This document shows, piece after piece, positions 1-9,200 of a DNA stretch of 64,000 nt; position 1 is the stretch's first letter; each line of letters starts with the position of its first letter. The notes beneath the pieces are model-generated. The model made no database searches, was not told the DNA's origin, and saw nothing but the letters and a program-made list of their open reading frames with translations. Source of the DNA: an uncultured Sphingorhabdus sp. (GTDB lineage Bacteria; Pseudomonadota; Alphaproteobacteria; Sphingomonadales; Sphingomonadaceae). Position numbers and translations under genes: made by a program. The DNA lies in contig CAZQWC010000008.1 of NCBI GenBank assembly GCA_964597055.1, positions 121,603 through 185,602 on the forward strand, written 5' to 3'.

Positions 1-656
1 GAACGCCCGCCTTTATCTGTACCACTCTGGGCTATGGCCTTGTCTCGCTGGCTGCTTATGCGTTGAGCTTCTGGTCGGCACCCTATGCCGAAATCGTCCT
101 GAAACTGCCCAAGGCGGAACTGGCTTTCATCCTGGGTGCCAATGGCGCATTGAGCGGTTTCCTGGGCGTCATCATCGGCGGACGGATGGCCGATGCGTTG
201 CGGATGAAAAATCCCGCAGGCCGGATATTGATGATCATATTCGGCGTGGTCGGCCCGATCATTCCGATCTGGATCGGCTATACCACCGAAGATTCAACAC
301 TCTTCTACACAATGAACTTCATTGCAGGAATGCTAGGCGCGACCGCGCTGGGTGCCGCCGCAGCAACCACGCAAGACCTTGTGTTACCCCGCATGCGTGG
401 CACGGCGACAGCGGCCTTCTTCCTCGGCACCACCTTGGTTGGTCTGTCCTTTGGCCCCTATATGGTCGGGCAGATTTCCGACCTTGCGGGGACAATGGTC
501 GACGGCAAACTGGTTGGCGACCTGCGCGTTGGCATATTGTCGCTGATCGCCGTAGCCCCGATCGCGCTAGGATTGCTGATTGCGGCCTATCGCATGGTTC
601 CCGCAGCAGAGCGCACGTTGGTCGCCCGGGCACGTGAGGCTGGCGAACCGGTTTAA
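1..656 (+). CDS. MFS transporter (spinster-like), C-terminal part; 5' end outside window
   Basis: Frame is open from position 3 (TPAFICTTLGYGLVSLAAYAL...). Multiple TM segments and MFS motifs GGRMAD and QDLVLPRMRGTATA. Confidence 0.85.
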   Translation, partial: TPAFICTTLGYGLVSLAAYALSFWSAPYAEIVLKLPKAELAFILGANGALSGFLGVIIGGRMADALRMKNPAGRILMIIFGVVGPIIPIWIGYTTEDSTLFYTMNFIAGMLGATALGAAAATTQDLVLPRMRGTATAAFFLGTTLVGLSFGPYMVGQISDLAGTMVDGKLVGDLRVGILSLIAVAPIALGLLIAAYRMVPAAERTLVARAREAGEPV

Positions 657-675
657 TCATACGGTTAAATTCTTG

Positions 676-693
676 CTTGACGCTTGCGTAAAC
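676..693 (+). promoter_or_regulatory. LiuR-like (MerR-family) operator upstream of acyl-CoA dehydrogenase
   Basis: CTTGACGCTTGCGTAAAC; similar to the sites at 10444 and 20851 and to the recalled LiuR consensus sTTTACGTwwACGTAAAs. Confidence 0.55.
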
Positions 694-736
694 TTGCTGT
701 TTCTGGCGGCCAGAACAGCCTTAGGAGACTCGCGCC

Positions 737-1891
737 ATGTCGCTCGATGCATTGCACCGCACCGTTTACAACGAAGATCATGAAGCCTTCCGCTCGACGG
801 TCCGCCAGTTTGTCGCCAAAGAGATCGAGCCCAATGCCGACAAATGGGATGCAGACGGCCTCGTCCCGCGCGATGTTTGGCCCAAGGCGGGCGAGCTTGG
901 CCTGCTTTGCCCCACCGTTCCAGAGGAATTTGGCGGCCTTGGCCTGGATTTTGGCTATAACGCCATCATCAACGAGGAATTCGGCTACAACACCGACGTC
1001 GCAACGGGCTTTTCGCTACAGACCGATATCGTTGCCAACTACATCATCCAATATGGCTCCGAAGAGCAGAAAAATCAGTGGCTGCCGAAAATGGTTTCGG
1101 GTGAGGTCATCACCGCCATCGCCATGACCGAGCCGGGCACCGGTTCCGACCTACAGGGTATGCGCACCACCGCAAAGAAGGATGGCAACCACTATGTCGT
1201 CAACGGCGCAAAGACCTACATCACCAACGGCCAGAATGCCGACCTGATCCTCGTCTGCTGCAAGACCGACCCCGATGCGAACCCGGCCTATAAGGGCGTT
1301 TCAATCGTCCTCGTCGAAGCGGATCGCGAGGGTTTCAAGCGCGGCCGCAACTTGGACAAGGTCGGCCTCGATGCTGCCGACACATCGGAACTCTTCTTCG
1401 AAGATGTCCGCGTGCCGATCACCAACTGCCTCGGGCAGGAAGGCATGGGCTTCATCTATCTGATGAGCGAATTGCCGCAGGAACGTCTTTCGATTGCCAT
1501 CGGCGCGCAAACCGGTGCGCAGCGCAGCTTTGACCAGACGGTTGAATTCGTCCGCGAGCGCAAGGCATTCGGCAAACCGATCCTCGATTTCCAGAACACC
1601 CGTTTCGTGCTGGCAGACCTGAAGACCAAGCTGCAGGTGGGTTGGGCCCATATCGACTGGGCTCTAGCCCGCCACATCAAGAAGGAGCTGACTCCCGAAG
1701 AAGCATCGGCGGCAAAACTGTGGCATACAGAGCTGCAAGGCGAAGTCGTTGATAAGTGCCTTCAGCTTCATGGCGGTGCGGGCTTCATGAACGAATACCC
1801 CATTGCCAAGCAGTTCCGCGGCGCGCGCGTGACCCGCATCTTCGGCGGCACCAGCGAAATTATGAAAGAACTGATCGGGCGCAAGCTGTAA
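737..1891 (+). CDS. Acyl-CoA dehydrogenase (long-chain type)
   Basis: AIAMTEPGTGSDL, GAKTYITNG, LQLHGGAGF and IFGGTSEIMK motifs; SD AGGAG upstream. Confidence 0.95.
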   Translation: MSLDALHRTVYNEDHEAFRSTVRQFVAKEIEPNADKWDADGLVPRDVWPKAGELGLLCPTVPEEFGGLGLDFGYNAIINEEFGYNTDVATGFSLQTDIVANYIIQYGSEEQKNQWLPKMVSGEVITAIAMTEPGTGSDLQGMRTTAKKDGNHYVVNGAKTYITNGQNADLILVCCKTDPDANPAYKGVSIVLVEADREGFKRGRNLDKVGLDAADTSELFFEDVRVPITNCLGQEGMGFIYLMSELPQERLSIAIGAQTGAQRSFDQTVEFVRERKAFGKPILDFQNTRFVLADLKTKLQVGWAHIDWALARHIKKELTPEEASAAKLWHTELQGEVVDKCLQLHGGAGFMNEYPIAKQFRGARVTRIFGGTSEIMKELIGRKL

Positions 1892-2331
1892 TGGCGAAAC
1901 CCGAAGGTTGGCGGCTTAACCTGGCCGCCTATCCCATCATCCTCGAAAGCGACACGCGCTTTCAGGATATGGATATCAACGGGCATCTCAACAATGTCGC
2001 TTTCGCGTCGTTGTTCGAGAATGCCCGCGTCCAGTTGCACCGAAAGGCGCGGCCATGGACCGAGCGGCCAAAGAATGAGCGCACCATGGTCGCCTCGGTC
2101 GAGATCAATTACCTGCGTGAAGGAAATTTTCCCGCCCCGGTAACTATAGGTTCGGGCATTGGCCGCATCGGCAATTCAAGCTGGGTTGTGGTGCAGGCAA
2201 TGTTCCAGAAAGGTCAATGCATTGGTACCTGCGACAGCGTGATCGTCTGCCGCACCGACAATGAGGCCAAGCCCCTGCGTGCCGAGGTGGTTGCCGAGCT
2301 TGAAGAGATGATGGCGAAACCGGTTGATTAA
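1891..2331 (+). CDS. Acyl-CoA thioesterase (4HBT/FadM-like hotdog fold)
   Basis: TRFQDMDINGHLNNVAFASLFENAR motif; start overlaps the upstream stop (TAATG). Confidence 0.88.
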   Translation: MAKPEGWRLNLAAYPIILESDTRFQDMDINGHLNNVAFASLFENARVQLHRKARPWTERPKNERTMVASVEINYLREGNFPAPVTIGSGIGRIGNSSWVVVQAMFQKGQCIGTCDSVIVCRTDNEAKPLRAEVVAELEEMMAKPVD

Positions 2332-2339
2332 CTTCTTCT

Positions 2340-2361
2340 CCCCTCCCCTAAACGGGAGGGG
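2340..2361. repeat. Short REP-like hairpin between convergent genes (possible bidirectional terminator)
   Basis: CCCCTCCC-CTAAAC-GGGAGGGG; same stem type as 5635-5654 and the ends of the 13836-13974 element. Confidence 0.6.
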
Positions 2362-2370
2362 AATTAGGCC

Positions 2371-3174
2371 TTAGTCCGCGAAATTCGGTTTCCGCTTCTG
2401 CATTTCAGACATCACCGCCTCCATCTGGTTAGGCGTGCGAATAACCTTCAACTGCTCGTCGCTTTCCATCTGAAGCAGTTCGGCATCACTTGATGTCGCC
2501 AGCGCGTTGCACATGCGTTTGGCACCGCGGATGGCATGCGGGTTCTTGTTTGCGATTACCTGGGCCAAATCCATCGCCTTGGCGTGCGGTTCGTCGGAAA
2601 CATGGGTCGCAAAGCCCATTTCCTTGGCCTCGACGCCGTTGAATTCGCGGTTGGTGTAAATCATTTCGCGCAGCACATCGTCGGCCACCTGCGTGCGCCA
2701 CAGCGGCATGCCGCCGACATCGGGCACGAGGCCCCATTTCATTTCCATGATCGCAATGCGCGTATCGGGGTGGACAATGCGGATGTCAGCACCCGCCATG
2801 ATCTGGCTGCCCGCGCCGAATGCCACGCCATGCACGGCAGCAATCACCGGCACCGGAAGCTCGCGCCAGCCATAAGCGGCATATTGCGCGTTGTTCGAAA
2901 TGCCCTTGGTGCGATCGCCGAGCGATCCGCCCGCACTGCTCGCGCCCGGATCACGTTCGCTTTGCAGACTGGCAAGATCAAGGCCGGCACAAAATGCACG
3001 CCCTTCGCCAGAAAGCACAACAACACGAAGGCCTGGCGTTGCTTTCAACTGGTCTATTGCCTCTACCAACGCATTCCATTGTGCACCGTCGAGGGCGTTC
3101 ATCTTGTCAACGCGGGTCATGCGGACATCGGCGATGCCGTCTTCCAGCATAGCGATTGAAATGCGGTCGTTCAT
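2371..3174 (-). CDS. Enoyl-CoA hydratase/isomerase (crotonase family)
   Basis: SGEGRAFCAGLDL, VHGVAFGAGSQI and MEMKWGLVPDVGG motifs. Confidence 0.93.
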   Translation of the reverse strand: MNDRISIAMLEDGIADVRMTRVDKMNALDGAQWNALVEAIDQLKATPGLRVVVLSGEGRAFCAGLDLASLQSERDPGASSAGGSLGDRTKGISNNAQYAAYGWRELPVPVIAAVHGVAFGAGSQIMAGADIRIVHPDTRIAIMEMKWGLVPDVGGMPLWRTQVADDVLREMIYTNREFNGVEAKEMGFATHVSDEPHAKAMDLAQVIANKNPHAIRGAKRMCNALATSSDAELLQMESDEQLKVIRTPNQMEAVMSEMQKRKPNFAD

Positions 3175-3788
3175 TGCTTTTCTCTCCCAAGCGCCGCCTC
3201 AACCAAGGGCAGCTGATCATTGCCAAAATACATGTCGGTCCCGTCGACAAAAATCGAGGGCGATCCATATCCGCCGCGCGTAATCACCTCTTCGGTGTTG
3301 GTGCGCAGACATGCTTTCACGTCATCGCTTTGGGCAGCCGCCTTCAGCGCCGCGCCATCAAGGCCAATGCTGTCAGCGACCGAAGCCAAAACATCTGCGT
3401 CGTCCAGATTTTCCTGAGCGCCAAAATAGCTTTCGAACGCAGCCTTCGAAAATCGGCGGAGTGCATACTGATCACTTTCCAATGCGCAGGCAAAGCGCAT
3501 CGCATTCACACTCTTCGCCGGATGCCATTTGGATGGGAAGTTCATCTCCACCCCGGCCAGCGCGGCCCAATCGAGCAAAACCTTCCAGCTATGCTTGAGC
3601 TTGCGGTTGTCGGTCATTTCGCGCGCGGCATAGACTGATTGGTTCACCGCGTTGAACACTCCACCGACGAGGATCGGACGCAGCACGGCCTGCTCACCAG
3701 TCCGTTCCAGCAACGGCCACAAATTGGTGAAGGCCAGATAAGTCCATGGGCTGGAAAGGTCGTAGAAAAACTCGACGCGCGCGTTCAT
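3171..3788 (-). CDS. 2-hydroxychromene-2-carboxylate isomerase / GST-kappa (DsbA-like) family protein
   Basis: EFFYDLSSPWTYLA, RPILVGGVF and GGYGSPSIFVDG...YFGNDQL motifs. Confidence 0.9.
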   Translation of the reverse strand: MNARVEFFYDLSSPWTYLAFTNLWPLLERTGEQAVLRPILVGGVFNAVNQSVYAAREMTDNRKLKHSWKVLLDWAALAGVEMNFPSKWHPAKSVNAMRFACALESDQYALRRFSKAAFESYFGAQENLDDADVLASVADSIGLDGAALKAAAQSDDVKACLRTNTEEVITRGGYGSPSIFVDGTDMYFGNDQLPLVEAALGREKQ

Positions 3789-4255
3789 TCAGCTGGAACC
3801 TCCTCCAGCAAAGGCGCATTTTCGGCCTTGGCATCGAACTTCAGAAACACGTCCTTGATCCATTCGGGAAAAGGCATCGGCCGGTGGCTTTCCAGATCGA
3901 CGAACACGCTGACCAGTTCCACCTCTGCGCGCAGATCGTCCGAACCATCCTCGGTTGCGCCGTGGATTTCGACGACCTTGGTGATGCTGCTCCGCCCCAT
4001 CTTGGTGGTGCGGCACATCACCTCGATCATTTCGTCCGGGAAGATCGGTGCGTTCCAGAGCACGGTTGCCTTTTTGACATGGAACTCAAGCGGTTCATCG
4101 GGATTGACCAGCCGCAACCCGCAGGCTCGCCAATATTCGGTCACGGCGACGTCGGCATAATCGAGATAGCGCGCGTTGAAGACAACGCCCTGCGCGTCGG
4201 TCTCTGCCCAACGGACGCGCAACGGATAGCGGAATGCGAAATCTTTTTTGGCCAT
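3785..4255 (-). CDS. YbgC/FadM-family acyl-CoA thioesterase
   Basis: LRVRWAETDAQGVVFNARYLDY motif. Confidence 0.9.
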   Translation of the reverse strand: MAKKDFAFRYPLRVRWAETDAQGVVFNARYLDYADVAVTEYWRACGLRLVNPDEPLEFHVKKATVLWNAPIFPDEMIEVMCRTTKMGRSSITKVVEIHGATEDGSDDLRAEVELVSVFVDLESHRPMPFPEWIKDVFLKFDAKAENAPLLEEVPAE

Positions 4256-4278
4256 GCAAATTCGATGGCGGATTGCAA

Positions 4279-4312
4279 CCGATTAGGCAAGAGGCTGAAC
4301 CTGCCTAATCGG
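4279..4312. terminator. 11-bp inverted repeat after alaC (terminator-like or mRNA-stabilising hairpin)
   Basis: CCGATTAGGCA-N12-TGCCTAATCGG; no clear U-tract. Confidence 0.4.
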
Positions 4313-4328
4313 CTATCATTTCTTGTTA

Positions 4329-5540
4329 CTAAATTGCCTTCGCCTGCGTCGGCGTATTCACACCCATCGATTGCAGATAGCGTTTGATGTTGCGCGCGGC
4401 CTGCCGCAGCCGGTGTTCATTTTCGACCATCGCGATGCGGACAAAGCCTTCGCCATCCTCGCCATAGCCGACGCCTGGGGCAACTGCGACCTTGGCTTCG
4501 GTCAGCAATTGCTTCGAAAATTCGAGGCTACCCAAATGCGCGAGTGCGGGGGGCAGTGGCGCCCATGCGAACATCGATGCGCGCGGCGCAGGGATTTCCC
4601 ATCCGGCACGGCCAAAGGCCTCTACCAGTACATCGCGGCGCTTGTGATAAAGCTCGCGGTTTTTCTCGACGATATCCTGCGGGCCGTTGAGCGCCGCGCA
4701 CGCAGCCGCCTGAATCGGGGTGAATGCCCCATAATCGAGATAGCTCTTCACCCGCGTCATTGCGGCAATCAGCTGCTTGTTGCCCACGGCAAAGCCGATG
4801 CGCCAACCGGCCATCGAATAGGTTTTCGACAGCGAGGTGAATTCAATGGCAACATCCTTCGCACCCTTGACCTGCAGGATCGAAACTGTCGGATTTCCGT
4901 CAAAATAGAGCTCGGAATAGGCTAGGTCGGACAGGATCCAGACCTTGTTCTCCTTCGCCCAAGAAACCAACCGCTCATAGAATGCAAGGTCAACCGTTTC
5001 AGCGGTCGGGTTCGACGGATAGTTGACCACAAGGATCGACGGGCGTGGCACGGTGAACGCCATGGCGCGGTCGAGCGCGCGGAAATAATTCTCGTCCGGC
5101 GTTGTTGGAACGCTGCGGATTGTCGCGCCGGCGATAATGAATCCAAAGGTATGGATTGGATAGCTGGGATTGGGTGCGAGCACGACATCGCCGGGTGCAG
5201 TGATCGCGGTGGCAAGGCTGGCAAGCCCTTCCTTCGATCCCATGGTCACGACCACTTCGGTCTCGGGATCAACATCGACACCGAAACGGCGACCATAATA
5301 GTTCGCCTGCGCGCGGCGGAGGCCCGGAATGCCCTTTGACGCGGAATAGCCATGCGCATCGGGTTTCTGCGCAACCTCGACAAGCTTGTCGATGACATGC
5401 TGGGGCGGCGGCAGATCAGGATTGCCCATGCCGAGGTCGATAATGTCCTCTCCCGCCGAACGGGCGGCCGCTCGCATCGCATTCACTTCAGCGATGACAT
5501 AGGGCGGCAAGCGCTTCATGCGGTAGAATTCTTCGGACAT
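4329..5540 (-). CDS. alaC: PLP-dependent class I aminotransferase, AlaC/YfdZ-like (often annotated LL-DAP aminotransferase)
   Basis: RLPPYV..., DIIDLGMGNPD, GSKEG and SLSKTYSMAGWRIGF motifs, close to recalled E. coli YfdZ. Confidence 0.8.
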   Translation of the reverse strand: MSEEFYRMKRLPPYVIAEVNAMRAAARSAGEDIIDLGMGNPDLPPPQHVIDKLVEVAQKPDAHGYSASKGIPGLRRAQANYYGRRFGVDVDPETEVVVTMGSKEGLASLATAITAPGDVVLAPNPSYPIHTFGFIIAGATIRSVPTTPDENYFRALDRAMAFTVPRPSILVVNYPSNPTAETVDLAFYERLVSWAKENKVWILSDLAYSELYFDGNPTVSILQVKGAKDVAIEFTSLSKTYSMAGWRIGFAVGNKQLIAAMTRVKSYLDYGAFTPIQAAACAALNGPQDIVEKNRELYHKRRDVLVEAFGRAGWEIPAPRASMFAWAPLPPALAHLGSLEFSKQLLTEAKVAVAPGVGYGEDGEGFVRIAMVENEHRLRQAARNIKRYLQSMGVNTPTQAKAI

Positions 5541-5634
5541 CGGACTCCAGCGGCTCCTTGTTACAAATAGGTTAGAGAGCCGCCCTCATGCGCGATGTTT
5601 CATCGATTTGCCAGAAAAACCGGCGCTGCCGCTT

Positions 5635-5654
5635 CCCTCCCGCAAGCGGTAGGG
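5635..5654. repeat. REP-like hairpin downstream of DEAD-box helicase
   Basis: CCCTCCCGC-AA-GCGGTAGGG. Confidence 0.45.
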
Positions 5655-5661
5655 GGATTTG

Positions 5662-7443
5662 TCAACGCGGACGGTTGCCCTTGGCCTTGTGCTTTACGCC
5701 ATGCTTCGACGGAGCCCCACCTTGGCGGAAAGGGCGCTTGCCCTCGCCTGCGCCACCATCACCGCGCGGCCCCTTGAACGGGCGCGGACTGTGCCGGGGT
5801 GTAGCTTCATTGGCTCGGCCCTTGCGCTTGTTCTCGCGGGCCGCCTGACGCGGCGGGCCTTCGGCCTCGATGATTTCGACATCATTGTCTTCGTCATGTC
5901 CGCGTTGTGCCACTGCCTTGGCGAAATGCCGCGCAGCGGCAGCCGAAATACCGACATAGGTTTCATCGGCTGCAATGCGGATTGCGCCGATATCATTTTT
6001 GGTCACCCCGCCTCTGCGGCAAAGCAAGGGCAAGAGCCATTTGGGATCGGCATTGTTCCGGCGACCGATATTGAGTTTGAACCAGACTGAATCGTCAAAG
6101 CCTGCACGGCGATTGTCCGGCATCCGTTCCCCGCTGCCATTGTCGAGCAACTCTTCGGGGGCGGGCATTTTGGCGCGGTGCGCGCGGACCAACGCTGCAG
6201 CCACATCCTCGGCGCTCATCGATTCAAGCAAGCGTGCACCCAGCGCGCGATCTTCCTCTTCGGCTTCGACCGGGGTCAAAAGCATTTCGAGCAAGCGTTC
6301 ATGGTCTTTGGCACGGATATCGTCGGCGGTCGGAACCTTGATCCATTCCGCCTCGATCCGCGCACCGCGCAGCATCGATTCGACGCGCTTGCGCCGCTGA
6401 TAGGGGACGACAAGCACAGCTGTGCCTTTCTTGCCCGCACGCCCCGTACGGCCCGAGCGGTGCTGCAAGCCTTCGGCATCGCGCGGCAATTCAACATGGA
6501 TGACGAGCGACAGATTGGGAAGGTCGATCCCGCGCGCGGCAACGTCGGTGGCGACGCAGACACGGGCACGGCGGTCGCGCAACGCCTGCAGCGCCTGGTT
6601 GCGCTCGCTCTGGCTATGCTCGCCCGACAGCGCGACGGCATTGAAGCCGCGATTGGTCAGCTTTGAATAGAGATGCCGCACGCTTTCACGCGTCGCGCAA
6701 AACAGGATCGCGGTTTCCGCCTCGTGCAGCCGAAGCAGATTGACCACGGCATTCTCAATGTCGGGCGGCGCGACAGTGACTACCTGGTAGCTGATGTCAC
6801 CGTGGCCGCGATCTTCCCCCACGGTTGAAATGCGCAGCGCATCATTTTGGTAGCGCTTGGCGAGCGCGACGATCGGTTTCGGCATCGTCGCCGAGAACAG
6901 CAAAGTACGCCGATCTTCGGGCGTGGCGTTGAGGATGTCTTCCAGTTCCTCACGAAAGCCCATGTCGAGCATCTCGTCTGCTTCGTCGAGCACCGCAACT
7001 TTCAGCGCCGACAGGTCGAGTGCACCGCGTTCAAGATGGTCGCGCAGGCGCCCCGGCGTGCCGACCACAATTTGCGGGCCGGTTTGCAGGTTGCGGCGCT
7101 CTTTAGAGGCATCCATGCCGCCGACGCAGGTGGCGATGCGCACACCCGCCTTGCCATAAAGCCACATCAGTTCGCGGCTGACCTGCAGCGCCAGTTCGCG
7201 GGTGGGTGCGATGATCAAAGCGGCAGGTTCGCGCGCAAGGCTGATCAGCCCGCCGTCGAGAATCTGCGGCGCCATGGCGAGGCCAAAAGCAACAGTCTTT
7301 CCCGAGCCGGTTTGCGCCGAAACAATAAGGTCGCGGCCATCGGCTTCTTCGGCGATTACAGCAGTTTGCACGGGGGTAAGCGCGGTATAGCCGCGCGCGG
7401 TGAGCGCTTCGCCAAGAAGCGCGGGTAGGTTTTCAAATGTCAT
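5662..7443 (-). CDS. DEAD-box RNA helicase with C-terminal DbpA-type RNA-binding domain
   Basis: AQTGSGKT, PTRELA, DEAD, SAT, HRSGRTGRAG motifs; C-terminal WFKLNIGRR...IGAIRI. Confidence 0.95.
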   Translation of the reverse strand: MTFENLPALLGEALTARGYTALTPVQTAVIAEEADGRDLIVSAQTGSGKTVAFGLAMAPQILDGGLISLAREPAALIIAPTRELALQVSRELMWLYGKAGVRIATCVGGMDASKERRNLQTGPQIVVGTPGRLRDHLERGALDLSALKVAVLDEADEMLDMGFREELEDILNATPEDRRTLLFSATMPKPIVALAKRYQNDALRISTVGEDRGHGDISYQVVTVAPPDIENAVVNLLRLHEAETAILFCATRESVRHLYSKLTNRGFNAVALSGEHSQSERNQALQALRDRRARVCVATDVAARGIDLPNLSLVIHVELPRDAEGLQHRSGRTGRAGKKGTAVLVVPYQRRKRVESMLRGARIEAEWIKVPTADDIRAKDHERLLEMLLTPVEAEEEDRALGARLLESMSAEDVAAALVRAHRAKMPAPEELLDNGSGERMPDNRRAGFDDSVWFKLNIGRRNNADPKWLLPLLCRRGGVTKNDIGAIRIAADETYVGISAAAARHFAKAVAQRGHDEDNDVEIIEAEGPPRQAARENKRKGRANEATPRHSPRPFKGPRGDGGAGEGKRPFRQGGAPSKHGVKHKAKGNRPR

Positions 7444-7495
7444 TGGGGTTCCAGTTATCAGGCCCCCTTATGCGCCATATTTATTCGAATGTCCA

Positions 7496-7510
7496 TGTTG
7501 CACTGCACAA
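7496..7510. promoter_or_regulatory. PhaR-like operator in the helicase/phaC divergent region
   Basis: TGTTGCACTGCACAA; core TGCACTGCACAA is shared with two sites before the phasin gene. Confidence 0.65.
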
Positions 7511-7556
7511 CAAATAGTTGTTTCGCCAATTTGCCCGCATGGGTTATGCATCGTGC

Positions 7557-9200
7557 ATGGCCGATTCATCCAACATCCCGCCCGTCATGGACCCCGAACA
7601 GCTTGCAAAAATGGCAGAAAGTTTCGGTGCAGGTGCGGCGGACCCGCTGTCCGCCTATAAGCATGCGCTTGATGCCTGGGGTGAGGTGTTGGCGCCGCTG
7701 GCCAAGGCAGGGCACGACAAGGTCAATCCCAAGGATCGCCGCTTTGCTGCGCCGCAGTGGGAACATCCCGTTTTCGATCTGATGCGGCAAGGTTATCAAC
7801 TGATGTCCGATTACATGATCGGCGCGGCGCACGAGATAGAGCATCTGTCAAGGGCGGACAAAGCGAAACTCGAATTTGCGGTACGCACCGTTGTCGAGGC
7901 GATGAGCCCGGCCAATTCCCCGCTGACCAATCCGGTCGCACTCGAAAAAGCCATCGAAACCAAAGGGCAAAGCCTGATGACAGGCGTCAGCCACATGCTG
8001 GCCGACATGCAGCGCGGGCAATTGACCCATACCGATCCGCAAGCCTTCCGGCTGGGTGAGAATATCGCCTGCACCCCCGGTAAGGTTGTGCACCAGACGC
8101 CGCTCTATCAGTTGCTGCAATATACGCCGACGACCGACAAGGTTTTCGAAACCCCGCTGGTCATCTTCCCGCCATGGATCAACCGGTTCTACATCCTCGA
8201 TCTGACCGCCGAGAAAAGCTTCATCAAATGGTGCGTCGATCAAGGCATCACGGTTTTCGTGGTATCGTGGAAATCAGCTGACGCATCAATGCGCGACGTG
8301 GTGTGGGACGATTATATCGCGGCACAAATCGATGCGATTGAAACGATCCGTGATGCCTTGGGCGTCGAGAGCGTACACACCATCGGCTATTGCGTCGCCG
8401 GCACCACGCTAGCCGCAACTTTGGCAATCCTCGCCGCACGCGGAGAAGCGGATAAGGTCAAAAGTTCCACATTCTTCACCGCGCAGGTCGATTTCACCCG
8501 CGGAGGCGAACTGCTCAACTTCATCGACGAACACCAGTTGAAGATGATTGAATCGCTGGCTTCACAGCAAGGTTTCCTTGATGGCCGGTATCTGGCATTG
8601 ACCTTCAACCTGTTGCGTGGAAACGACCTCATCTGGTCGACTATCAACAAGCATTATCTACTTGGCGAGGAATATCCCGCTTTCGATCTGCTGCACTGGA
8701 ATGGTGATGTCACCAACCTGCCTGCCAAATGGCACAAAGATTATCTGTGTGACCTTTATCGCGACAACAAACTGGTCGAGCCGGGCGTTCTATCCGCGCT
8801 GGGCACACCGATAGACCTGCGCAAGGTGGAAACGCCGACTTATGTCCAAGCTGGGCGCGAAGATCATATTGCACCCGCCAGCAGCGTTTGGAAAATCCGC
8901 GACCATTTCAAAGGTCCGGTGCGTTTCGTGCTGGCAGGTAGCGGCCATATTGCAGGCGTGGTCAACCCGCCTGCGCAGGGCAAATATCAATATTGGCTCA
9001 ACGAAGATCCCAAGGTCGGAAGCCTCGACGAATATATCGAAGGCGCGAACGAGACTAAGGGCAGCTGGTGGCCCGATTGGCTGAACTGGCTTTCCGGACA
9101 AGCCCCCAAGCAGGTCGCCGCCAAAGGCGCCCGTCAACCGGGTGAAGGCAAGCTAAAGGCGCTGGAGGAAGCGCCGGGGAGCTATGTCAAAACGCGCTGA
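7557..9200 (+). CDS. phaC: Class I poly(3-hydroxyalkanoate) synthase
   Basis: PPWINRFYILDL, lipase-box GYCVAGT with catalytic Cys, DHIAP and SGHIAG motifs. Start at 7557 is inferred. Confidence 0.95.
   Translation: MADSSNIPPVMDPEQLAKMAESFGAGAADPLSAYKHALDAWGEVLAPLAKAGHDKVNPKDRRFAAPQWEHPVFDLMRQGYQLMSDYMIGAAHEIEHLSRADKAKLEFAVRTVVEAMSPANSPLTNPVALEKAIETKGQSLMTGVSHMLADMQRGQLTHTDPQAFRLGENIACTPGKVVHQTPLYQLLQYTPTTDKVFETPLVIFPPWINRFYILDLTAEKSFIKWCVDQGITVFVVSWKSADASMRDVVWDDYIAAQIDAIETIRDALGVESVHTIGYCVAGTTLAATLAILAARGEADKVKSSTFFTAQVDFTRGGELLNFIDEHQLKMIESLASQQGFLDGRYLALTFNLLRGNDLIWSTINKHYLLGEEYPAFDLLHWNGDVTNLPAKWHKDYLCDLYRDNKLVEPGVLSALGTPIDLRKVETPTYVQAGREDHIAPASSVWKIRDHFKGPVRFVLAGSGHIAGVVNPPAQGKYQYWLNEDPKVGSLDEYIEGANETKGSWWPDWLNWLSGQAPKQVAAKGARQPGEGKLKALEEAPGSYVKTR

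Noticed and set aside
2366-2377. Perfect match (AGGCCTTAGTCC) to the recalled EL222 consensus RGNCYWWRGNCY
   Set aside because: It lies at the 3' ends of convergent genes, and such a degenerate 12-mer is expected about four times by chance in 64 kb.
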